A stretch of DNA of 62,036 nucleotides, filler included, from Choristocarpus tenellus KU-1152 (lineage: Eukaryota > Protista > Phaeophyceae), in assembly GCA_964200185.2 (NCBI GenBank). It is 8 parts of 8 records of this genome, joined end to end, with 100 filler letters (N's around TTAATTAATTAA, not from the genome) between each part and the next. Parts side by side here need not be neighbours in the genome. Positions count along the whole stretch, not along the records: positions 12,347 to 15,443 come from CAXNAD020022345.1; positions 15,544 to 26,163 come from CAXNAD020002825.1; 6 more parts are not named here. One strand, 5' to 3'. The position numbers were made by a program, and so were the translations under genes. The notes beneath the pieces were generated by a model that made no database searches, was not told where the DNA came from, and saw only the letters and a program-made list of their open reading frames with translations. The stretch's first letter is position 1, and each line of letters starts with the position of its first letter. Of this stretch, positions 12,894-25,300 are shown piece after piece.

Positions 12894-13995
12894 CTGTGCA
12901 AAGGCGGAGTCCAGGTCCGTACAAGCCCACAGCGGAACCTCGCCTGCACTGGGCTGCAGTCCCCTCTCTACCGCCTTGTCCACAAATATGCTCTGTAGTG
13001 CCATGGGAATTTCCAACTCTGAGCGCGGACCCCCATCCGCCCGAACCGCCTCAGACAGCAGAAGGGAAGCCCACTCCTGAAGGTGAGGAGGTGAAGACAA
13101 ACTAACTCTAGAGGGGAGAGAGGTGCCATGGGAACTAGTGGGAGGTTCAGGAGAAGCACCGTTTTTGTCCTTCTTACGGGCCTCCAACACAGGTACAGGG
13201 GAAGGGCAATCCCCAAGCTTCGCATGCCCCATTGATACTGTACCGTCCACTGCTTCACCACCAGCACTTGCATCTACTGCTGCACCTGCCCCCAGATGTG
13301 GTGGATCACGGGTTGGGGGGGGGGGCATGACCCCACGCAGGGCCTCCTCCACTGACCCCCAGGCCACCTCCCTTTGCTCTCTTTGCCCACACAGAGCACT
13401 CAGAACAGCAATGGCCTTCGGCCAAACCCCAGAAAACTTTATCCATAGCAATCCCATTGCGTGTGTCGCCATCAGACCTACATAGGGCTCCGGAAGCCGC
13501 CCAGACGCCGCCATCACCTCAAGTCGACCTAGTCGCCACGACATCTCACGCTCCGCCTCCAGCGATACTGGCAAACCCTCGACCTCTGCCAGCAGGACCA
13601 AAGCAGGGCATGGTCCGCTCAGGCCGTTGCTGACCTGCTGTCCCCCTCCACTGCCCGACCCCACAAACTCCATTGTACCACCAGTTCCAAGTGCAGTCCT
13701 TCTAAAAGGAAGAGGATCGAAGCAGGCAAGAACCCTAGCTGTGGCGAGACGGAGCATGTGACTCCCTGACCCAAGGTTGGGCCTGAGAAAATCGATAGCA
13801 GATTTTGACGCCTCTGCTGAGAGACAGTCTTCTTGAGCCATGCTGCGGAAACCGCCTTCATCATTCCTGGGCGTACTTGAAGGGCCATGTCCTTCAGGTC
13901 CTTTAGAAAAAGCCATGCGAGTGGCACGGAGGAGGAGGGTCAAACCACGGAGAGTACTAACAGAGGCCGGGAATTCATGCAGCCATGTCCAGGCT
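12894..13995 (-). CDS. UTP20: Internal exon of a UTP20 (small-subunit processome component 20/DRIM)-like HEAT/ARM-repeat protein
   Basis: 1.1-kb open exon bounded by CAG acceptor and GT donor. Motifs NLGSGSHMLRLATARVL, EVEGLPVSLEAEREMSWRLGRL, MGLLWIKFSGVW and a terminal TD resemble the UTP20 region before the DRIM domain (recognised from memory, not searched). Confidence 0.7.
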
Positions 13996-15612
13996 CTGAT
14001 TTTGGTGGTAAAAAAGGGGCAAGAGGTGACGAGGATGCAGAGGGGTAGTTGAGGTCAGAGGTTCAGGATGGGTGAGTTGCTAGGGCTAGGGCTGAAAGTG
14101 AGAGGGTTTTGTTTAGGATGGGATGTGGGTGGGGATGCAGATGGGTACCTCCTGAGGGAAAGATGGTGAGAGAACGAGGGGTGAGGTGAACCCGCAAATT
14201 GGAATGAGCTGTTTGAGGCAATGATGGGCATAGAGTGTGCGATATGGTGTGGGGATGGCATTGAGTTTGTTAGGCGGCTTCAAAGAGATCAAACCTGGAC
14301 AGGGTGTGTGCAGGGCAAACGACCCAAACGATCCCCTTGAGTCATGTTCAAGGCAACAGTTCCTCTTGTCACGCCTTCAATGGTGGTTCAGCCCATGGAA
14401 CTCCCGCGGGTGTGACCTTTCGACTCTAGCTTGGACTCGTACCTTTGTGGCATACACAAGAAAACCCTTTTTTATAAAAATAAAAAAAAATCACGGGAAA
14501 AAGCAACAAAGCATTTTACACACAAAAAAAAATACGGAACTCCGGATGATCAACTCGCCAATAGCAAGCCAGCCAGATGCGCCACAAGAATCACATTTGG
14601 CACCACAGGAGAGGCGAAGCACACGATTTCTTTTGTCTATAGCCCTAAAAGCTTACATCAATTATTATCCCTAAATAAACCAATGCAAAAAAAAAAAAAT
14701 GAGTTCAAACCTCTTTTTGTAACTCTTAGACCGCCTCTCAACAACGCCACCCCCCCCAACAAAAAAAACGATCGGATTCACTTTCCCCGCCACACAGTAA
14801 AAAATGGTCTCGTTTCACCTTCCCTCCACGTCGGGGATTTGGAGAAATAGGGACAAGCGAGAAAGTCCTCTTGTTGTGCCCTTCGAATCTCTCCACAGAC
14901 AAAGGCAAGAGTAAGCAATGAACACCCAGAGCAATTTCACCCCACTGTGCAAAAGTGTGACACATTTATCATTTGTCGAAACTATTCCTCTCCACCACGG
15001 ACGGTTCTCCAGAGCAGCAAAAGCAACATGTCCATTTGTCATCATTACTGGGTCGCCCTGCGGCGCACCCACAAACCCCCCTGAAGACGCCAAAGTGAGG
15101 CATTAGGAAAACCACCTACAAGGAAATATTACTGTGAAGCCTGGCGCACCATGCGAGAGGAGAGTAGGTTGTTTTCATTACCTCTCAGCTTCCACCCGTT
15201 ATCAATTTCAAACCTTATCGCAGGTGATGGGATGAGCAATCCGGGCATTCTCGGACACAAAACGCCTTAAAGCTATGAAGAAGGTGCTCGGCGTGCACCA
15301 AAGACTCGCTCGACATATTCTTCGGGGTAAAGGTAAATGGTCGGAGGGGGAGGGGGGGGGGGGGGGGGGGGGTTTTTTTTTTTGGGGCGCGGGGGTTTTT
15401 TGTTTCTGTGAAAAAAACACTCATATTGTAAGAAAAAATTAAANNNNNNNNNNNNNNNNNNNNNNNNNNNNNNNNNNNNNNNNNNNNTTAATTAATTAAN
15501 NNNNNNNNNNNNNNNNNNNNNNNNNNNNNNNNNNNNNNNNNNNCAGACACCAAGCAATCTCGCCAGGTTTATCACCTTTATGTTCTTTGATGATTTTGGG
15601 GATACTTTAACA

Positions 15613-17283
15613 TATTACCCTGTATGTTGCAGCTGGACCTCGCTGCGTAGGGCATCGTTACATCTGTACAAGTGCAGTCGTCTAAACTCGATGTGATATA
15701 CTGTATGTACTGTATGTGTATTGTACTGTGCAGTACTGAGAGACACAAGACTGCTATGCTGTGTATTGCTGGTCTCGAGCAGTTTTGTGCATTATTTTGT
15801 TAGATTTTGGTTAACTTTAGACATGACTTTTTGGAAAACCTCTCACTCAAATCGTGAAAAAAGATGGGAGTTTGCTCGATCTAAGAGAGAATTGGGAGGA
15901 AAACGCCGAAACCTCTCTGGCCTGGAAAGTCGTGACAACGCAATTTACTCTCTCTTATATCCCGTTTTCTCTTAGATTATCCTCTCTTACATACATACAT
16001 ACACTGTATGAAGTTTTGTACGCAATTATTCTTTCCTACTAAACAGTGAGGAAAGAGTTCATCATTGTTTCCTACTAAATCATAACGTTAAATTCGTAAA
16101 TGAAAGTAACCTAGGAACAAATCTGGGATACATGACAATCTTCTGTCGCAACATAGAAACAAGTAAATGATGTTGTATTTGTCAGGGACAGGTTCCTTTT
16201 TCGGGATTTCCGACACACACACATTTGTGGATAAGACGCGTCATCATATATATACATTTGCGCGCGCCAACCACGTCATTGGAACTCGCCCATACCGACC
16301 AGCTCATAAAAACCAACCACAAAGAGTTGACCAAACAGCCAAAATGTACTGTCAGAACGAAGATCCATTCCGATTCTGACCGATCCATTTCTCTACTGTG
16401 ACGTTGCTCAGTCATTCTGGTACACCTTTTGTGCGTTCAGGCTTTTGTTCTTGTCTGGATTTCCTCAACTGACTTTGAGATGTTGGGGCAAGAACTGTGA
16501 AACTCGGTCTCACCCTCCAAGGTGGAAGAGTTCAGTCTGGTGATTGTGATTGCCCCCTTGTGCAGAGAGCTTTGGCGCCTTGACACTTCCACATATTAGA
16601 TTATACATACAGTACATACGGTAGATCATAAAAATGGTGAATGATACATGTGCAAGTCATTTGTAAAAGGTTACAACGAACAAGGTCACCTCTACATATA
16701 GAGATTTGTACATCATTTCTTCAACATCGAGTTGTTCTCAACACATGATTTGTGATACAAGAAGATTCCTGGGGGTAGATAAATGATTTTGACATGTTCA
16801 CCTCTCCTTCAACCTTCACTTAAAATACTAGTACATATTTTCTACTGAACTTTGAAGCACAGGTTATTTGATGTCTTGTCTAGTATAGTGGTGTACCAAA
16901 ACAAGAGGGGATAATCTAAGAGAAAACGGGATATAAGAGAGGGTAAATTGCGTTGTCACGACTTTCCAGGTCATCAGAGAGGTTTCGGCGTTTTCCTCCC
17001 AATTCTCTCTTAGATCGAGCAAACTCCCATCTTTTTTCACGATTTGAGTGAGAGGTTTTCCAAAAAGTCATGTCTAAAGTTTTAACCAAAATCTAACAAA
17101 ATAATGCACAAAACTGCTCGAGACCAGCAATACACAGCATAGCAGTCTTGTGTCTCTCAGTACTGCACAGTACAATACACATACAGTACATACGGTAGAT
17201 CACATCGAGTTTAGACGACTGCACTTGTACAGATGTAACCATGCCCTACGCAGCAAGGTCCAGCTGTAACATACAGGGTAATA
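15613..17283. mobile_element. Non-autonomous long-TIR (foldback/Mutator-like) DNA element
   Basis: 15613-~15988 is a near-identical inverted repeat of ~16903-17283 (~375 bp); ends TATTACCCTG...CAGGGTAATA; ~900-bp spacer with no intact ORF. Confidence 0.85.
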
Positions 17284-19037
17284 CTCCTGGTCCTCACACT
17301 ATACATGCCACAAGTGTCACGCATTTGTAGCTGCTATCTTCATGGTCTTTGCAGCGTCGTGGATCCTTTTGGCACCAGGGAAATGGAATGCGTGTGCAGT
17401 TGTGCGTGAGCCCTACCAACCACGAGGATTCGAGTCCTCCAGCCGGTGACAACATGGTGTCGAAGCGCCACGATAACAAGAACAAGGGCGAGGAGAAGGT
17501 GCTGCCAAATAGATCTACGGAGAAAGTTGCATCCTACAAGTCTCGTGGTGCCGACAATCGTAAACGCTTGAGCTTTGCAGAGAAGGTGGAGGCGTAGACA
17601 CTCCTGAAGACCATGATGGGAACTGCGGTTGCTCAAAAGTTTGGAATCGGTCACAGTACCCTCTACAAGTTGAAGGAGGCAACAACCATCATGGAGAAAG
17701 TGCCGACGCTGAAGCCTGACGCGAAAACCTGACGTCAAGTTTACGAGGGGTGCCAAACATGTCGAGGTGCGTCAGAGTGTAGATTGAAAGTCTGAAAGTA
17801 GGTTGATTGTGATCGTGATTGAATTGTCTTTCTGAACTGTCTGCTGATGAGGATCATGATTTTGAATTATTTTTCATTTTGCCCGCGTTTCTGTCGTACT
17901 GTACTGTCTGCACTGTGTGCTGTAGTATCTCGGGTGTCCATTTTTCTCGTAGAGGTACGTCCTACGAGGTGTCCCTATGTATTAGTGAGGATCTTTCCGA
18001 TGCTCTGGACGCTCTGTACCTCAAACCCGGCGGAAGACCGTTTCAGGTTTTCATCGATGGGACAAGAAGAGCGTGGATCGGTATTGAAGACAACAATGAA
18101 GTGACCATTGCGATACTAGAGGACACGAAAGACCAGCTACTTGAGGAATCCTTGTACCAGTCGGACAATGAAAGCTCGGATGACGAGGATTACAGTGGGT
18201 TTATGGGAGGTGGCAGCGCATCGGGGACCGTGAGGAAAGGAGCAGCCTCTTCGGTGTTCTCGATTCCTCCACCGCCATACTCTCAAGTAGCTGACAAGCT
18301 TGCAAGCTTAGAAACAACCTCCGAAGAGTGCAGCATGAGCGATGTTTCGTACAAATATATGTCCAGAAAGCAAAGCTGACTTGGCTCAGCGCAATCGGGG
18401 CAAGGGCAATCAAACAAGCGGACATCACCGATTTTTTGGCAGTCGCGATTTTTTTATTTGCAAATAAGTTATTTTACTCGGTGGGTGCGATGGAGGGTCT
18501 AGGGCGGTGCACAGTCGCATTTGATCCATGGTGGCATTTTTTTATACACTCTGTACAATATCCTTGTAGAGTGTAATTGATGACCTAGGGCAGGGCATCG
18601 GAAGGAGAATGGCTTTGAACGTTGATTTGATACGTCTGTACAGCCATCCAATGGCTTGCGGATGCTTTTCTTGGGAAGATGTACTATACATATGAGTGAA
18701 ATATCGTAATGAGTGTAATTTTCGAAAGTTACAGTACTATGTATATATGATACTGGTATATTGTGCAGGGGTGGTGTAGATGTGGTACTTACTGCACCAC
18801 CACAGCTTCATCGAAATGGGCTTACTGAGGGCAATGTTCAATACATATCTACATGTAGCTCCTCTTGAAGGCACATGGGAGGCACAAATAGCAAGGGCGT
18901 CGCTCTGTCATCGTTCAGGTACATGTATATAGTGCCTACGAGCACTGTTGCTCGATATAAGATAGGTTTCTCCTATCACGATCCCTCGATTTAGGAGAAA
19001 AGCGATCTTATGCACAATGAGAGAGGATCAGGATGTA
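17282..19037 (+). mobile_element. Decayed pogo/Tigger-like DNA transposon with transposase pseudogene (DDE core apparently deleted)
   Basis: CENP-B/psq-type HTH RKRLSFAEKVEA*TLLKTMMGTAVAQKFGIGHSTLYKLKE (~17557-17680, in-frame TAG). Acidic C-terminus ending, after a frameshift, KAKLTWLSAIGARAIKQADITDF (~18050-18440), like the pogo KQxxIxxFF tail. Imperfect TIRs TACTCCTGGTCCTC / GAGGATCAGGATGTA with TA ends. Confidence 0.75.
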
Positions 19038-19312
19038 AGAGAAGGGTTTTTTGGGTTGTCCCTACCCTCTTTTATTAGGTACATTGACCGAATACATTTA
19101 ATATAATTGGAAAAATAATTTCTACAATGTTAATTTCCTACTACCACTTACCTCTGTAATTATTTACGAACATTCAGTACTTTTTTGTAGATAGTATATA
19201 TATTGTCTTGGTGGGGGACACTTCTCCTTTTGCTTTGGTCATAAATTCTGGATTGTTATTTTTCTATGTTTGCATTCCACCCATTCTGTTACCCCCCATT
19301 GTAACACCAATT

Positions 19313-20125
19313 GTGACCAACTAATGCGAACCCCCTTCGCCACTGATTTCCAGTCACCAGCCACCTCCGATATGACCAACCAGTGCAAACCCTTTGCTTC
19401 TCATCTCCAGTGACCAACGTCATCCAATGACCAACCAGTGCGACCCCTTTGCTACTGATTTCCAGCACCAGCCACCTCTGATGACCAACCAGTGCGACCC
19501 CTTCGCCACTGATTTCCATTCACTACTCACATCCGATGTCCAACCAGTGCAACCCCTTCGCTACTGATTTCTAGCACCAGTCACATGCCAATAGATAGTG
19601 CTGCTGATACACGTAGACAACACCGGTGGATTTGATAATAGGATGGAGAGCCTGTGACAGATATATTATAAGCACTGACCCATAGTATTGATTGGTTTTT
19701 ATATCATGTTCAAGATACTCTTCCTATACTTGAGACAGGCAATAATTGATTCATAGTAAATTAGTGTGGTCGATTACAACCCCACACTATAGAAATATTA
19801 ATGACAGTCTAGGCTATAGTCTTGCCCACGTAGTCACTCAGAGGAATTGAGACCATGAGACCCCTTGTAATATTAACTTTGCTCATCTACATCAAGCTGT
19901 TCTTTGTCCTTCATTAAAGCACCAAAGCCGCGGGTCCAGTGTGGGATACTTCAACTTCATATCTGATGACCAACCAGTGCAACCCCTTCGCCCCTGATTT
20001 CCAGTCACCAACGGCACCTGATGACCAACCAGTGCGACCCCTTCGCCACTGATTTCCAGTCACCAACGGCACCTGATGAGCAACGAGTGCGAACCCTTCC
20101 CCGCTACTAATTTCCAGTCACCACT
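19313..20125. repeat. ~54-55-bp tandem array (ATGACCAACCAGTGCGACCCCTTCGCCACTGATTTCCAGTCACCAACGGCACCTG), 5 + 3 units split by a ~370-bp insertion
   Basis: Unit starts at about 19313, 19372, 19427, 19481, 19536, then 19967, 20021, 20075. Confidence 0.9.
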
Positions 20126-21917
20126 ACTTTCCACTCCACCCCACTATTCAACATCACTCAACACTACTACACCTTCCACCACTTTCCACTCCACCACACC
20201 ATTCAACACCACTCACCACCACTCCACAATCATCCAAGAATACCTCTTCATCATCCACTCCAATACCGTACCTTTCAACTACAAGACATCTACCCTGCCC
20301 GAACTTGATCTCCCCCCCCTGTTCCCCAGCATCCCAGTCGGTCGTGGGCAGTCGAAGGGTGGGTGGGTGGGAGAGATTGCTCAGAGGTTGCCTCGTTCTA
20401 GTCCTGCTTGTCCTGTCCCACCAGTCTCAGGTTTTCCTTATGATCTGATTAATCCCTTCCTAACTTGTGCTTCCATCTACCACCCGTTTCCTTTTCCTTC
20501 TCTCCGACCTCTTCTATCTCCTAGCCGCTCGGTACTTAACTCTTCGTCCACCCCTTTGACATTTTCTTTTTACCCTAATCAACCCTTCCTTTCCCGTGCG
20601 CCATTCCTACCCAAATTCTCTCCCGCCCGCAAAACTCAGATTGCTTCATAAACTTCCCCTTTTGGGATGTCCCGACATTGATGAGGATAATGACCGCAGT
20701 CATACACATTTGCATGCGCCACCTTTTGCCATTGGGGCCAACCCAGGTGATGTGGTGTAGGTCAGACGCACAAACGGATCGCGGTAATCCCAACATGAAC
20801 GGTGGATTCAAACCAGCAAAGCCGAATATTGTGTTTTCGGTTCTGACTGATCGCAACCAATCATACTGGAGATTGGTCCGCATGCCACTCTAAGGCTGTC
20901 AACATATGCCCAGCATGCCTCAGTCTCGTCTCTCACTTCCTTTCTAAACCTCATCTCCGGCAGTTCTCATCACCCCCCATCACACAGAACTAGACCCCAT
21001 AAGATAACCCACCTTCTAAACTGGCACGTTGTGGAAACCCCAGCAGGGTCTTTCCTAGTGTGTCATGTTGGGATCCACAAACTTTGAAATGTTAAGAACA
21101 TATACCCGTGTACTATTCCGGATACTGGTGGTCAATGCGTTCACATTTTGAGTATCAATACAACAACTCCTGTTAAAATGTATACAAACGTTTTTTGGCA
21201 CGACTTGTCCTCTGCCAAACTTGTACTTATAGTAGTACACATTTATGTGGGTACCACTCACCTGCCTAAAATTTCGATAGAGAGGGAAATAGTCACTTCA
21301 TATTAGTTGTGTGTATTCACTATTCGCACCTGGCTCAACTGCTTAACATTCAGCACTGTCTAAGAAGTGGCCACTGACAAAATGTGGCCACTACACAAGT
21401 TGGTTGTGTCCTCATAGGACAACATCCCCGCATTGACCTCAACATAGAAAAAAGCTAGTGGAGATGCCATGGAACCTAACACCCTACACTGTTTCCCCCA
21501 GAGGTTATACACAAAAAATGAAGCTTGAGTCGCAAGGGACTACGCAAGAGATAGAGATAACCTTGAATTTGGACATGTCACACGTCATTCCTCATTTTCT
21601 GTTGTCCCTTAGACTTCAAGCTGGCAGTACCACCTCATACACTATTGACTGATTTGAATTGTTGCGATGCTCGGCACTACATACAGTATTATGTGAGAAA
21701 TTACGCAATCCTTCTTGAAGTACGATTGGCTGGCTTGGTCGATGTTGTTCTAACCTCTTACACCGAAGCAAATCAATTGAGAGACCCGCAGGGTTGCATT
21801 TTAAGGATCCTCAGAAAGTGAAAAAAGACGCCATTTTGCACATTTGCATAAAGAATCTTTGCTGAATTGTGGTGTCCCTTTATGCGTGGAAGGGGGGATA
21901 TCAATTTTGTGCATGTA

Positions 21918-22160
21918 GGAGTCTTGCCTTGTTTGTCCGTTCGGGACTTGGCTTCTCAAGTGTTTTTTATTCGTTTTTGTGGTTTTCTTTCTGAATATTT
22001 CGGATTTTAGAGTAGGCAGAATGTATAGGACTATGAAAGGTTTGTCCAGAGGAAGGATATTGACACTTGCTAACAAACACGTAGCCAAATTTCATTAAAA
22101 CTGCAGTATTTAATTTATGACTCCGAACGGACGCGCCCCTACCCTCAAAATGCTTTGACT
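21918..22160 (-). mobile_element. MITE family 1, diverged copy
   Basis: AAGGATATTGACACTTGCTAACAAACACGTAGCCAAAT and CTACCCTCAAAATGCTTTGACT match the family in reverse orientation. Confidence 0.75.
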
Positions 22161-22604
22161 ATGGACACTATCGTACTCATAGAGCAATAAAATTGAGTGT
22201 ACTGCACAGGATTGGAAAGACGGCTTAGGATGCAAAAGGGTCCAAATCTGCTTCTGCCTCTCAATTGGTTTGGCCCTAAGCTACGAGTATACCGTGATTG
22301 AATTAATGGTTAATGGACATGAGTTCGATGCATGATGCAATGATATTAAAACCTTTGGCAGGTAATGTCTTGAAGAAAGAAATAGGGCTTTTAATCAAGC
22401 GAGTGCAAAGAGATCGGTCTGCTAGACAGGATCAATTTCATTTTTTCCCGACATGTCCAGACCTGGTCCACCTAGTATTGAAACCCGTCAGATCCACCCA
22501 AATCTAACGGATTAAATTTTTTCGGACATGTCCAGACCAGGACTGTCACTGATTGTGTCCAGACCAGGTCGTGGCCAGGCTTGCATCCACTCTGGACGCT
22601 TCTT

Positions 22605-22736
22605 TTCATAACATACGTACATTTTACTTTCTTCGAAACATTTTGGAGTAGGTAAATGTAAATAAAAACCCTTGAGAAGCCAAGTCCCAAGTGAACAGAG
22701 AGGGTAAAACTCGTACCCTCTAAGATACTTTCACTC
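22605..22736 (+). mobile_element. MITE family 1, 3' half
   Basis: Ends AAACTCGTACCCTCTAAGATACTTTCACTC. Confidence 0.8.
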
Positions 22737-24129
22737 AAAACACATTAATTCTTTTATGTACTTGAAATAGTTTTGGATATGCATTTGACGGAGTCAGCCC
22801 GACCCACCTTAACTGGGCCTGTCTGGTCAATAATACTGTTTATTTTCCTGGACCATTAACTGGTTCAAGTAGGACAGGCAATCAGTAGATACTCAGTAGG
22901 CCATGAATAGTATAGGGGTTTTGAATCTATTCCTTGATAGCACTTAGGATACCGACACAGAATGGAACCTTGCAGAGTATGAATAGAAACCCATGAATAT
23001 ATATTACTTACATTTGTAATTTGTGAGATCGGAACTGGGGACCCATTTATTTCAGACCATGTTAGAGACGTATGCTTTGCAATTTTGAAGGCATGTTTCA
23101 GAACGAGCAAGTGTATACTCAGATTAGACCAGATACATATTGATTCTGATGGTATCCTGTGTCTCTTGGGACAGATTATCCCAAGGAAGACAAGGATATT
23201 TGTTGATCTATTTTGGGCCTAGTCCGAGTTATATATATATTTATGAATGTACATACTCTGATTTGGTCAGACACTTATTGATTCTGACTGTCTTACGATC
23301 TTTGCAGATCCATCCCAAAAGAAACTAGGAGACATGTCGATCATTGTTGGAAACAACTGGTTAATTTGGAGCTGGAGTCCCTGTGTTGGAAACAACTGGC
23401 AAATTTGGAGCTGTATTTCCTCTGTCTTTAAATGGCAACCAATACATGCTGCCGCAACACGATCTGAGGCAATGGAAGATATTTATTGTCTTAACCTGTG
23501 ACAATCGCCTGTGGTAAGCGCGAAACATGTATACGTAGTTTACGCTGGGGGGCAAGTTACAAGCAAATAGCGCAAGTATTTCTTCCTGCGCTTTAACCAG
23601 TATGAGCAGTGTAAGCGCGTGTGGAACCCCAAAAGAGGGAACTCCGATTTGCTAAAAGTTGCAGAGTAAGACCTGTAACTTGGGAATGTATGAAACGGTT
23701 CTCAGATGTATTTTAACGTCTGTAAACTGAAATAAAAATAAAACGGTAATTGATGACAAGAGGCCCCAAACGGTTCAGACCCCAAACGGCTCACTCTTGA
23801 CCGATACCAATTCTCATACATATGCTTTTAAATTCGTAAGAGTACCCTTATCTGCTGACCTGATATTCATCAATCCTCATTGGGCCTTTTAACTGTCGGA
23901 GTATCCCAGGAGTCCTGTGCAAGCATCAGCGTCATCTATAGGCTTGTGGATTGGAGCTATACATCCCATGGAGGTAAGCTTTTGGAGCGTGCTGTAACAC
24001 AAGATGGTCAAGGCCAAGGGTCAGACTGTACCAATATATTCTAGCAGGGCCAGTCAATGACTGGCGTCTTTTCCAACATGTCCGGGCCACGGGTCGACCC
24101 AAGGTCATGGTGCGGACTCTGGACATACT

Positions 24130-25300
24130 AACTGCCCAGACTGATGAAATCCCCAAGAAAAAGCAGTATTTGTCCACTCCCTTCACCCACTCATCCTTTT
24201 TTCTAGACACCTTTACCCATTGTTGTCCTCCTTTCAAGTGTTCATATTCTATGATAAAATTTCTGCAATTCACCCATATCTCTATGGATGAAGTTTTGAT
24301 TGACTATAGAGCGTTTATTTCTCTGTTGTTCGACACGTTTCCGACGAAAAAAAAAATCCTGTACACATTTGTAAAAAAGTCGAATTTTGGATAATATGTG
24401 TGTCAGTTTCCATAAAATGTCATTCGGGTACTCTTGTTTACTTTTGAGTCGAAATGTATACTGTGCACAACTCAATATTGAGGAATGATCTACAAATTCC
24501 GATTTGTCGATATATAACCTTTTTGGGGTTATGATACACATATTTTATTATTATGCCCTCTGACATTTTGGAGATATATACATATATCGACTGGTACGTT
24601 GTTGAAACCTCCTTACGGTCCTTCCAGGGTGACGTGACGTCTCTAGTGTGTCATGTTGGGGTCCCTTAACTCTGATAAGTTGAAAATATGTACTCGTACA
24701 CAACTCAGCATATCGGTGGTCAGTGTTCACTTTTTGGGTATCAATACTACCACTCCGTTGTTAAAAAGGTGTACAAATATTTGTCGCATCACTCACCTGT
24801 CTATCGAGCCTGTACAAACGGTTCTGTGGTAAAAATGCATTGGTCTGAATCCCTCCACAATGATTTGGCCTTGTGAGTACAAGCTGTACAAATGGCAGCT
24901 ACAGCAATGTGTTGATTTGTGAACATTTCATCATGTTGTTGGAACATTTGACACATACTGATCTCAGAAATATGAGCGGGTACAAATGGTTGGGACCCGC
25001 AAATGAAAGAGTTAACTCCTAAATATTTGGTTGGTAAGGATGTGCCCCAATGGGTAGAACTCGGATTTATATAGGAAAGGTCATTCATTGATTTGCGGAA
25101 AGTTTTATAAATCGGATTTGATTTGTCCAACGCATGTTCTTTTTTTTGGTACTGCAAACCAGAGATCAGATTTTTAACAAAGAATTTTCCCGTAAAAATG
25201 TTCAGATAGCCATGTGTGATTTTGTTGAACACGTAGGGTGTGTTATTTTCATATATATGTTTTCGAATTTTTCAAGCAAATTTCAGGACTCTAAATTGTA
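24130..25300 (-). pseudogene. Decayed AT-rich coding relic of unknown family, flanked by GACC/GGTC-rich repeats
   Basis: Chain of overlapping minus-strand ORFs (25232-24801, 24541-24242, 24273-23932) broken by stops and frameshifts; diverged second copy at ~21020-21260. Confidence 0.4.

Noticed and set aside
13123-14052. Plus-strand ORFs overlapping the UTP20 exon, and most other short ORFs in the track
   Set aside because: Antisense shadows of GC-rich exons or chance ORFs in introns and repeats.
14800-15330. Possible further UTP20 exons
   Set aside because: Could not establish frame or splice phases with confidence.
19313-20125. CRISPR or TIGR-type guide array
   Set aside because: Whole units are homologous with no unique spacers, and no nuclease or Nop-domain gene is nearby.
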